Made by a program: the position numbers and the translations under genes. The notes beneath the pieces were generated by a model. It made no database searches. It was given only the letters and a program-made list of their open reading frames with translations, and was not told the origin of the DNA. 64,000 bases of DNA, from contig CM059427.1 in NCBI GenBank assembly GCA_030390025.1, positions 39,680,001 through 39,744,000 on the forward strand, read 5' to 3'. Of this stretch, positions 53,100 through 64,000 are shown piece by piece. Source of the DNA: Squalus acanthias (Eukaryota). The stretch's first letter is position 1. Each line of letters begins with the position of its first letter.

Positions 53100-53900
53100 G
53101 CTTTATCTCTCAGCAACCACCCTCAACTTCACGAGTACCAGGGTGGTGCCAGTGTTTGCCTGACCTTGTGTGGTGTACGAGCCAGAAATGTCTTCCTATT
53201 AACACTGATGAGACTGAAGCCCTCCTGCTCAGCTACTACAAAAGCTCTGTAACCTCGCCCAACTCAATCCCCTTCACCAGCTACTTGCTCAGCCTGAAAC
53301 AACCTTGGAATCCTGTTCAACTCTCGCCAAACTTCCATTCCATCTATTTTATTTATTAATTTATTTATTTAGGTCATTTTACTTACACCTCCTGAATATC
53401 ACTTTGTGCTTACCTGGTTTCTATGAGTGCTAAAATACTTATCCATATTTTTATTACATCCAGCTTTGACTTCTTCAGAGCTCTCAACATCATCCTGAAC
53501 TTCACCTAAACTCCAGCTCACAGTTATGTCCCCTCATCCTATCTTAAACTAAGTCTTGCTCACCTAATACCCATCTTGCTTACTATAGTGAATTTAAAAT
53601 ACTCACCCGCATTTAGAAAGCATTACCCCATCCTACCCTGCAACTTCCTTCAGTCCAACATCCCGACTATGCTTTTCAATCTTCTGACTCTGCATCCCGG
53701 TTTCCCCCAACGCCATCATCAGTGGCACAGCTTTCAGCTAACTCGGTCCTATTTTCAAACTTCCTCCTAAAACCTTTGAATCTACTCTCTCCATCTCCAA
53801 AATCCTCCTCCGAACCCATCTCCTCCACAATGCGTTTGATCATCTCTTAACTCTTTATCTATGTTTTTTGTTAAAATCAGTATGTAAATACAAGTTACTG
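53100..53900 (+). mobile_element. Old L2 remnant
   Basis: Degenerate similarity to the L2 at 27.7-28.9 kb, ending in taaatacaagttactgttg. Confidence 0.5.
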
Positions 53901-54399
53901 TTGTATTATATTGCTCATTACAGCAGAGATCTTAATATTGGAATCAATAGAGGTGCTAGTACATTGGTGGTGGACAATGTGCTTGCAGCCTGCTGAGCTG
54001 ACCTAAAACTATAATGCAAGCTCACTTCATCTACATAATATTGAGGAACTCCCAGTGCCCAAATATGCTGGAAACACACTGTATTCAGGGGGTGGGTTAC
54101 TTGGCACCTCAAACAGTTCCCAAAGTATTCTCCATGTAATGTTTGTTAAAGATGTGGACAGATAATCAAATAGCTACTCTGCAGTTCAAGAAGCTACAGT
54201 GAACTCACCCATTTAAACCTATTATTTACATCAAGTAGTCTTTAAGATGAACCTGAAAGGCTTTGGGACAAATAATCCCTGTAATACACTAGTGAACAAA
54301 ACAATGAAATGAGTATCCCTTAGAAGTCAGACTTTCTGAAACAGTATAAGGAGATAATGGGACTACTCAAAATTCAGTGTTCAGAAACCAAAACAAGAT

Positions 54400-54809
54400 G
54401 GTCCAGAATTTGCGTTCGGGATGACGGCGAACTGGCAGCGTTTGCCATCATTCCAACCTTTGAAACTGACCGCAACTTCGGGATTTGGCGCATGCGTAGG
54501 CGCATGCAGAAATCCCGAAGTTGCGGTCCGTCACTGATAGCTCCGAAACTGGCTGCGTGGTCTCCCCCCGTGCCAGAGTCAAAATCTCATAAATCATTGA
54601 AAAAGTTATGATTTTCTTCCTTCTTCACGGTCTGTGAGAATTCTGCCTTTTGATTGGCTGCTTAGACAGCCTGTTGACGTCACATCAGTTAGAACAAAGG
54701 AGTCCTCACTACAGTTCGTTGAATTGAATTGAAAGTCAGAAAACCCAAACTTCGACACAGGGATTGTGAGATCCTTGTGCAAAGCGTACTTCTGGGCAAA
54801 TTCTGGGCT
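54400..54809. mobile_element. MITE (410 bp) with a GAT TSD
   Basis: Ends ggtccagaatttgc / gcaaattctgggct. GAT at 54397-54399 and 54810-54812. Confidence 0.78.
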
Positions 54810-54948
54810 GATAAGTTCTCAAACATCCAGTATATGAGCCCAGTTTGGGATTAGGACAAGAGGAGACAGCAACTAAAGATTTATCAATATGGAGAAGGGC
54901 AGAGCATCCTACAATTCTTGATGGTACAATATTATCAACTATAAAGTT

Positions 54949-56345
54949 CTTTGAGGAAGTAACATATAGAGTGGATAAAGGGGAACCAGTGGATGTAGTG
55001 TATTTAGACTTCCAAAAGGCATTTGACAAGGTGCCACACAAAAGATTATTGCTTAAGGTAAAAAATCACGGGATTGGGGGTAATATTCTGGCATGGATAG
55101 AGGATTGGCTATCTAACAGAAAGCAAAGAGTTGGGATAAATGGTTCATTCTCAGACTGGCAATCAGTAACTAGTGGTGTTCCACAGGGGTCAGTGCTGGG
55201 TCCCCAACTCTTTACAATCTATATTAACGATTTGGAGGAAGGGACCAAGTGTAACATATCAAAATTTGCAGATGATACAAAGATGGGAGGGAAAGTAGTG
55301 AGTGAGGAGGACATAAAAAACCTGCAAGGGGACATAGACAGGCTAAGTAAGTGGGCAGAGATTTGGCAGATGGAATACAACACTGGAAAGTGTGAGGTGA
55401 TGCACTTTGGCAGGAAAAATCCTAGAGCAATTTATTATCTTAATGGCAAGAAACTGGAGAGTACTGAAGTGCAAAGGGATCTGGGGGTCCTGGTGCACGA
55501 AACTCAAAAGGTTAGTATGCAGGTGCAGCAAGTGATTAAGAAGGCAAATGGAATGTTGGCTTTCATTGCTAGGGGGATAGAATATAAAAATAGGGAGGTA
55601 TTGCTTCAGTTGTACAAGGTATTGGTGAGACCGCACCTGGAATACTGCATACAGTTTTGGTGTCCTTACTTAAGGAAAGACATCCTTGCTCTCGAGGCAG
55701 TGCAAAAAAGGTTCACTCGGTTAATCCCGGGGATGAGGGGGTGGTCATATGAGGAGAGGTTGGGTAGATTGGGACTCTACTCATTGGAGTTCAGAAGAAT
55801 GAGAGGCGATCTTATTGAAACATATAAGATTGTGAAGGGGTTGGATCGGGTGGATGCGGGGAGGATGTTCCCGATGACGGGTGAGACTAGAACTAGGGGA
55901 CATAGTCTTAGAATAAGGGGCTGCTCTTTCAAAACTGAGATGAGGAGGAACTACTTCACTCAGAGGGTGGTAGGTCCATGGAATATGCTGCCACAAAAAG
56001 CTGTAGAAGCTACATCATTAAATAAATTTAAAACAGAAATAGACAGTTTCCTAGAAGTAAAGGGCATTAAGGGTTACGGGGAGCGGGCAGGAATTTGGAC
56101 ATGAGTCTAGGTTCGGATCGGTCATGGCCCTGTGGGTAGTGGAGCGAGCCCAGGGACCGTGTAGCCTGATTCTGCTCCTATTTCGTGTGTGCAATTCTGT
56201 TAGATGCAGGAGATGGTTCTGTGATAGATAGTAGATTGGCGGTTAGGATCAGATCAGCCATGATCTTATTGAATGGCGGAGCAGGCTCGAGGGGCCGATT
56301 GGCCTACTCCTGCTCCTATTTCTTATGTTCTTATGTGTTCTTATG
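54949..56345 (+). mobile_element. Young 5'-truncated CR1 with an uninterrupted RT C-terminal frame
   Basis: YLDFQKAFDKVPH, PQGSVLGP and FADD, open to the stop at 56104. (TTCTTATG)n tail. TSD taaagtt at 54942-54948 and 56346-56352. Confidence 0.92.
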
Positions 56346-57811
56346 TAAAGTTTATTTTCTGTGACTCCCTCCCCTTCCTCTCTCTTGAAGGCATTGAATT
56401 CATGCAGTACCACAGATGCCAGCCCAATGTGGGTTTAGAGATACCATTTTGATTGCAAACTCCAACACAGATGAGCCTCATCATATTCTCACTAGATATC
56501 CACACATGTATACTTTCCAGCAGTAGTTAGTAGATAGCGTTCCACAAAGGGATTTTCTTCCTTCTCCATAGCCCAGGGGAACTTGGGCCACTTTCAACAC
56601 CCCCATCACCAATCTGCTTGAAATCAGCCAGCTCAACACAGACTTGGGATCACATTTTCCTGGTCTGTTTGGCCCAGCTACTCACTGCCTTAACAAACTG
56701 AGCTATCAGGGCAGCCATTTTTAAGTTTGATTGTTGGAAATAAAATGTAATATAGAGAAACTTTACCCAGTGATCCTGTGAGTAAGACAAAGATGTTGGC
56801 ATGGGGAAATGTGGCTCTTTGTATGTTGTTGGAAGGATTATCTTGCACTTCATAACTATCAGTACAACTCCATTACTAACAAAATCTACTTAAACTTTTA
56901 ATTGTGGACTTGAACCTCTACAAACATACTGCAACAGTCTTATCTCCAGTAACTCTACAATTGAGATTAGCACATACAGTTAAGTAGGAAAGTAATACTC
57001 AAAATTAGTACATTACTTCTAACGCAGGAAATTGCATCAGCTTCCATTTATTTATAATCTTTCAGATCTCCAGTATTTGCTGCTGAAAAATTAATTCACG
57101 AACAAACTAGATAGAAATTGATCCCTCTAGTTTAACATTGAGAATGTAGATTGAAAGAAAATTTGGAAGGATAGGACTTAGTTTCAAATATGTATTATAT
57201 ATGCTGCTAGTGTACAAAAATGGAAACATTGAATATTGCAGGGCTTATGAAGTTGTTAATTCTTAAATACAGTGCTAAATCAGAATATATATTGCAAATC
57301 TGAAAGTAGACATATCCAACTATAACACCAAGTGATACGGACAGTGTTTTTACTTCAACATAAATATTCCACAAATTTTGCAAAGACAAGCATTACTTAT
57401 CAGCTAACTTAAGCCATTTTATACATTAGATTTCCCTTCCCCCCCCCAAAAGATAGCTTTCCAAAGATTGAATAAAACATTGAATACATACACATTGAAT
57501 GGATTGCTTCAAACAGTGATCATTAGATACATAGTTTTCAATTATTTAATTTTACTTTCACATTAAGAAGCAAAAAAAAGCATTTATCTGAACTACAAAT
57601 TTCTTCACAAGTGATTCATCAACTGATATTTTTGGATCAAAATTATCTTTGAAATATTAAAGGTGGAAGATATATATCAATTTTAATCCATTGCATGTAT
57701 TCCTTGGTATAACACTTTATATAACAGATATCCTTATAACAGTTTAGTAACAGAACAAGCTAGTTTCTATCTACAAAAAGCTTCCACCAAATATCTGATA
57801 TGTTTTCTTTG

Positions 57812-57817
57812 TTTATT
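57812..57817 (-). terminator. Candidate COBLL1 polyadenylation signal AATAAA
   Basis: tttatt on the + strand about 75 nt after the stop codon. Another candidate lies at 57047-57052, so the 3' UTR could be longer. Confidence 0.4.
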
Positions 57818-57890
57818 ACACAATCAAGTACCTATTGATTTGGCTTTGAGTTTGCAGTAAAGTGCAAGCCAAGTGGTCCCATAAATGCTT

Positions 57891-57962
57891 CTACTTGGAG
57901 GAGAAGAAAGGATTCATTGCAGAGCTTCCATTTAGAGACATAGTTTTGGGAACAACAGAGAC
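57891..57962 (-). CDS. COBLL1: COBLL1 terminal coding exon (VSVVPKTMSLNGSSAMNPFFSSK*)
   Basis: Acceptor gtaatttcag| at 57963/57962 (phase 0). 23 codons plus TAG at 57893-57891. Aligns with the recalled human C-terminus VTIPSNTISVNGRSRLSHSMS. Not in the ORF track in this frame. Confidence 0.8.
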   Translation of the reverse strand, partial: VSVVPKTMSLNGSSAMNPFFSSK

Positions 57963-58578
57963 CTGAAATTACGACGTGGAAATACAACACTGCTGAATGT
58001 TCACCAGGGAAATCAAAATATTGGTTGGTTTGTTTGTGGTACATGTTTGAACAACAATTGGAAGTCATATCATTAAACTATACAAGCCTGAAAGTTTGAA
58101 GACAAAATTTGGATTTAAAAAAATATGGCAAAATAGATATATTTTTCAATTGCATTTAAAATATTTTTAGTCCTCGTTACAATAATGTTTTCACTATTAT
58201 TGCATCTTTATGTACAGCTTAAAATTTGTATGCAAAAATGTAGATTTTGTACTGAATTCATAATAAAGGTGTGAACTTGAGATTGGTTTGATTATAAGTG
58301 CACATAATTTTCACATATAACATATAGTATTTGTATCTTCAGGTTCACAAATACAGTTGAGTTATCACATCAAGTCAATTTTGAGACAGGACCCCTCATA
58401 TTCCAGTGAAATGCAATATGTAGTGCAAGAAAAAGATACTGATGACTGTGTACTGTAACCATTTAATAATCGCTGGTCAATTTCTCAGTTGTAATTGGAT
58501 AAATTTCAAAATATAGTTGATCAACTTAGTTTTAGTAAATTATTAGTGCATGTATTACACTGTGGTAAATGTGTCCAC

Positions 58579-58782
58579 CTTTTTAAGTTTGGCAGCGCCT
58601 TCTCCTGAGCGAATAGCATCCAGTACAGCTTGATGAATTTCCCCTGGGTCACTGATTTGGGAAATTAAAGTAGGCTTTGACTTTCTTAAAGGAGATGGGA
58701 ACGGTGGTTGGATGTGCTGTGTCTGGGTTTCTGCCGCTTTATTGTAGCAATCCTTTTGCGTTTCTCTTTCAGGAGACCTAGT
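58579..58782 (-). CDS. COBLL1: COBLL1 penultimate coding exon with the C-terminal WH2 actin-binding motif
   Basis: Encodes TRSPERE...SDPGEIHQAVLDAIRSGEGAAKLKK, matching the recalled human SDPEQMRQSLLTAIRSGEAAAKLKR. Acceptor cttttacag| is phase 0, compatible with the upstream donor. Donor AAG|GTGGAC. Confidence 0.9.
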
Positions 58783-61387
58783 CTGTAAAAGATTACAAGA
58801 CAACTGCAATTCAGAATGCATTAACTTACTGAAAAATTCTGAAAGTGCAGAGACTAATATCAGATTTGAATCTTCTGCATCATTTCCAAACCGAAAGATA
58901 AGCAGCCAACCTGCTCTAATGTTTATGCCAGAGAAGCCCAGTGAGATGCACCCTTGAATTTTGCTTTCAACTTTATAAGGAAATGCCTGCCTCTTCTTCC
59001 CAGTGAGCAGCATATGCTCACCTTTTGAACCGACATTCTAACCACTACAACACAGTGAATTATTGCACTGAAATGCTGCACAAATTAAATGTTATAATGA
59101 AGCAGCCCGTGAGTTGGGAAGCATAGCTTATTCTTAGATTATAGGATAATTACAGCATATGGTAGATAATAACCTATAAATAACCAGGATCATTTGTAAT
59201 TTACTTCGAAGCACCAAAGCCAAGATTAAGCATACAATGTTGTCCTATGCAAACAAAAACGTACATATTGAAGGAATACGTGTAAATGAAACCATCATTG
59301 CCCTTTCTTGAAATTTCATCTTTTAAAATCATAACTAATGAAAAAACACATTGAGTAACTTGAGATATATTATATATATATATAAATAAAAAAGGAGATT
59401 TACTTATGTGTGACTGGCCTTCCAGCCAAAAGCTGACTTTTTTGTATCATTGCAGAAAAGGCATGGTTGATACAAGCAGATTTTTCAACACCTTCCGAAC
59501 GTCCTGCCACTCTCCAATTCTCTTGGGAGTCTCTCAAATCACTTTCAATGCTATCTTTAGGTTATTACAAATTATGGTTGTAAAGTCATTTGGCCATTTC
59601 CTCCTTTTTGTAAACAAATCTGTGACTTTTTTTTAAAGTAGTGGCAGCATAAATTCAGACTTAATAAATTCCACAATTAATATTTTTCCTAAAATTATTG
59701 CTTTCTGCTTTTGTTGGGTTTTTGAGTGCAGCTGTTGGCAACCCGGTGAACTGATGTCAGGACTAAGTGCCCACCTGCCTTGCAAAGGAACTCTTTAGCC
59801 TGTAGATACAGCTGTTATGATGAAAGATAGAGACAACTATAAGCACAGTCTCGAGACCATTCCTTCTGATTAGCCACCATTGGGGAAATTTCACTTAAGA
59901 AGGTAGAGTCTTACTGGTTAATGCAAAAAAGGTTTCTTGTGAAATGGTGCAAATATCTCCAAGAGCCTTCACTCCAAAACTAGAGATGACCACCAATTGC
60001 AATCCTTACAAGCAAGTCCAGTTGTACTTCTGGCCCCTTTAGTGTAACTGATCATGTAGGTCTAGACGTTTGTATTATTCCACTGATAGCTGCACTGCAT
60101 TATATAAAGTCTGGACTAAGAAGAATGTCCTGAAGTTGTGAACTTAGAACTTCCTGACATTTATTTGGAATTTCTTGACATTTAGTAAGAGTCCCGATTT
60201 TTTGAAGATTTATATAATCCTTGCAGTGGTATCTTTGCCCCATTTATGAAGGATGCCGACACAGTTAATTGTCAAGGTACAAGCACAATTATATTTTTTG
60301 GCGGTTTAGTTGTCGAGTTACAGACAAGGCAAATGTGAAGATTTTGAGTGGGACTAAGCCAGAATTATTTGTCTGCTACCTTGCCTGCTAATTGGAAATA
60401 TCCAATGTCAGTGGTATTTGCATCAAGGTATAACTTGCTCCATTTGGGACTTTGCATATGGTTGCTTCTTGCAGCAGGATTATAGACCATGTCACTATTG
60501 TGATCATTTAAAGACTGCTGTGGACTGCAGTTTTGTACAATAAAATGGTTGTTGCCTTGGGTATAGGATCTATATTACTGTCACGGCTGTGGCTTTCTAT
60601 GTGGGAAATAGGTAACTGAAGAATTACCTTATTTGCTTTTTTAGTATTGTTGGTATTTGTATTGTTAAAGCCATGGACGTCTCCAGAGCTACAGTTGTCA
60701 TAATCATACAAAACCTATAGCTGTAGAGGTGGTATATGAAGCATCTAAAAAGACATCTAAATCTCACTTGGGCTCCAGGACTGGAGCTTCACAGTATCCT
60801 ATTTTGATACCACTTTTCACAGGAGAAATTCCAGCCGTAGAAATGTATTCATGAAAGACAGCTCATGGTTCTCCCAACAACAGCCCCAGCACATGCGGCA
60901 ACAGGTTTTGAAGGGTTACCATCCTTTCAAGAGTTAAGTAAATGCTATGCCATCTCTTACTCCTATGAAGCATCATAGTTGCCTATCTTGAGCATAGTGG
61001 CCACTTTGACACAGATAATATGGACAATTATGGCAGGTGCTTGTAACAGAGTTTTACTTTTAAAACTCCCACTGTTGCCTTAATTCCAGGACTTCATTCA
61101 GTTGTTTGAACTGACATTGAAGAAAATTATTTGGGTCACCACCAACAGTGACTCTACTTGAGGAGCAGATGATCAAAAAATCATTCAAAGCACAAACCAG
61201 CAAAAAAAATCAGACATGTCAATGGCAAGTGAAAGACAACTGAATAAGGGGTAGTTTTATCGCCTCTTACACGAACAGCTATCCTTTAAAATTTATTGGC
61301 TTATATTTTATACCAGCTCATTGTCCACATACTAAAACTGCGAATTAAGTTAATTGGTGGTCAGGGAGAGCTTATTTAGCATATTTA

Positions 61388-61736
61388 GGTCCCGTTCCAA
61401 ATTTGGTTCGCGTCTGCCTGCAGCATGCTGGAGTCAGTTTTCTCAGGTGCACAGCAGCTAAAATAGTGGTCTTTACTTACCTGAATGTGGAACCAGGAGG
61501 AGCCACCCCCCCCACCCCACCCCATTGCCTCAGCTCTCAGGCTTATCTACTCCCCCGCCCCATGACTGGGGAGCTGCCTCCGGGGCTGCGGCGGGTGCTC
61601 ACAGCTCACCAGTACTATTCAAATGAGGCTGGCGGACCAATTTCCCATGGTTCTGCCATCAACCTCTTTAAGCATGTGCAGCACGCACTGCACCTGGATC
61701 ATGCGCAGATTCAGGTGCGATCCAATTTCTAAGCCA
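61388..61736. mobile_element. Degenerate MITE in a COBLL1 intron
   Basis: aaatttggttcgcgtctg...gcatg / catgcgcagattcaggtgcgatccaattt imperfect inverted ends. Confidence 0.55.
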
Positions 61737-62316
61737 GAGCGTTTTGAGGTAGTTGTGCTTCAGACTATCGAAGTATAAAAATGGCAGCCAGTTCAAGCTC
61801 ATTTCTTCTGAACTGGACCAAGGAATTTATTTGCATTTGCCAATCTGCAAACTTCTCTCAGCAGGAGCAGTTAATGCATTATTTTCTTCAGGATGCTGCT
61901 ATTTACATCAATTAGGCCTTATGGCCTTAAAAGGGCAGGCCAAATTAAACACAGATGACCTTAGCAGTAGAATAATAGATTGTGCATTACATGGTTTAAT
62001 ATTCCTATTATTATACAACAAGGCTCATGTTAAATCACATGATGCAATGTCCCAGGAGATCTTCTGTTCAAAATCACTACACTTTTTTTTACACAAATTT
62101 CTAAAAAGAGCTTAATACTTGATTCAAATCAAAATTCTCCAAATCATTGCAATACTGAAAAGAAGTAATTGCATCACTATGATCAAGCACTTATTGGAAT
62201 TTAAGCTGCATTTGTCAAATTATAAGAATAAAAGAACATTTAAAACTACATGTAGATCTAGTTATCTGTTGCAAGTCAAACATCAGTAAATAATCCTCCA
62301 TTGTTGTAATAGTTAC

Positions 62317-63968
62317 CTGTTTTAATATGTTGCTGTAATTAGACTCTTTAGGAATTGATGAAGGTAGATGCAATTCTCTGTCTGCATGGTTAGTGGGAGA
62401 AGACAGGGGTGATGAATCTGTTTCAGCAGGCTTGGGTTTAAAGGAAGATGTTGTATTTGTTTGAGTTTTCCTGACTGCTGAGGACACCGCAAGAGCAAAG
62501 GGTGATGGCGAGGTAGTGGTGTATGTTTTTGCAGCAACAGTAGTTCTGAGAGCTTTTGTGTCACTTAATTTTACACGTATGGATGGCTTGCTTGCTACTT
62601 TTGGAGGTCTTGAAGATCGAGATGCAGATTTCTCACCAGATTTGGACAATTCTTTCTGGGGATTCTCTTCAGGAATACTAGCAAATTCTGGTGGTGGAGG
62701 AATTATGACATCTACATCATCTGCATTTGTAGGACTAACTTCCTGAAATGGCACTCCATTTTCTTCCTGTGTTGAAAATGTTTTCTCTCCATCGAAGCTA
62801 GATTGGGAAGGTAAACTAGAACTTCTAGCAAGTGCAGAGGTAACATATTGTCCCGAGCTCCTTTTATGTAGCTGGAGGAAGACGGATCCAGGCTTCATTT
62901 TCCTATCTGAAGTACTCTCGGTTCTTCTATTAACTATTACCTTGGGTTGTGCAGATTCATTGTCAGCTAACAATTTGGGAACTGTTGCTTCTGGGTGATA
63001 GGATTGGGTTGTAGAATTAATGGGCACCCATTTTACAGTTTTATCAAAGTGAGCCTCCTGGTGAAAAGCAGCCAGCTCGCTTGTAATGCTTGATAGAGGT
63101 TCTTCTGTTGTATTAGACGGCTTTGTTGACTTTTTTGAAGTGTCAGACTCTGAGGCATAATCAGAAGTGGGAGTTTGTTGATCTACTGTTTCAGCTTCCA
63201 GCATGCTTCCTGATGCAACAAATGCTCCCTTTTCTAATGACTTTGAAGGCACAATTTTATAGGTAGTCATTCCAATCTTTGGTATATACTCTCTTGTGAT
63301 TTCATTAGAAGGTTTAGGCTTAGGCTCGGATTCACACTTATATATTATTGGAATCTTTGTTGGACTTTCTGGACTTTTAATTGTATCTTTGGTTGACAAT
63401 GGTCCATGAGAGTCAGTGATTGTTAAAGATTCTGTAGCTGGTTGGTTAACAACAGATGGTATACCTTGCTTTCCAGTGAGTCCCTGTCCAGTTGGGTCAG
63501 TAGACTTAGTTGCAGCAGACACACAATTTTGTTGCTCAGAAGACACTGGCAGAGTGAAATTATTGACTTGTGGGTGTTGTACACTTCCAGAAGTATTTTT
63601 CAAAGTCGTATCAGGCGATGGGATAATGGTACCATTCACTGTCTTACTACTTCGAGCATTCTGAAAATCCAGTGTTTTAACAACTTCTTCAGAATTAATT
63701 TCTTCAACTTTCATCTCATTAACCTCCGGTTTGTCAGAATGTTTTTGCTGGTCTTTAACAGCTACATTGGATGACTGAAAACTAGCAGAATCTTTTGGCA
63801 CAAGACTTGTTCTTGTATCTCTAGAAATGTTCGCCACTTCTAAAGCCTGGGTCAACTTTTCTGCTATTCCTTTATCTGGTGGAATCATGGATCTTAAGCT
63901 TGACATTTCATCAGAATCTTTCTGATGCATCTCACTGTTTGTATCTTCTGCAATTGCTGGTTCTTCAA
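62317..63968 (-). CDS. COBLL1: Cordon-bleu protein-like 1, large internal coding exon (1652 nt)
   Basis: ORF 62215..63930 contains motifs recognisable from vertebrate COBLL1: KPKPSNEITREYIPKIGMTTYKIVP, KPGSVFLQLHKRSSGQYVTSA and PSPFALAV. Acceptor ttatgttttag| at 63969/63968 (phase 1, frame open to the ATG at 63930). Donor CAG|GTAACT at 62317/62316 (phase 0). Confidence 0.92.
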
Positions 63969-64000
63969 CTAAAACATAAGCAAAGAATCTGATCAGTTTA

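Noticed and set aside
54845-54948. Novel N-terminus fused to the RT in the 419-aa ORF
   Set aside because: Chance open flank 5' of the TSD. It starts at TTG and has no promoter or splice support.
58783-59013. N-terminal half of the 152-aa ORF
   Set aside because: It lies upstream of the splice acceptor at 58783 and is intronic.
62215-62316. C-terminal tail of the 571-aa ORF (VTITTMEDYLL...ILII)
   Set aside because: It follows the CAG|GTAACT donor and is intron read-through, not COBLL1 coding sequence.

Overview
Eukaryotic genomic DNA, AT-rich and dense in repeats. The repeat families (CR1, L2, Penelope, Deu-domain SINE) point to a cartilaginous fish, which is an inference. Host genes are on the minus strand: the last three coding exons of COBLL1 (62317-63968, 58579-58782, 57891-57962), then a probable 5' end of GRB14 (CpG-rich promoter at about 35.4-36.2 kb, candidate exon ending at 29516, GRB10-like coding exon 2753-2957). 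The rest is largely transposons, often nested: a nearly intact full-length CR1 LINE with 4x83-bp 5' monomers, other CR1/L2 LINEs, a frameshifted Penelope element, short Penelope-derived insertions, a solo LTR, SINEs and GG-terminated MITEs. The most notable non-obvious signals are five minimal hammerhead ribozyme motifs with stem covariation. One sits in a 167-bp fold-back insertion that lands in a candidate GRB14 exon and supplies an in-frame ATG. There is a 134-N assembly gap at 14661-14794. All gene and family assignments come from recalled sequence similarity, not database searches.
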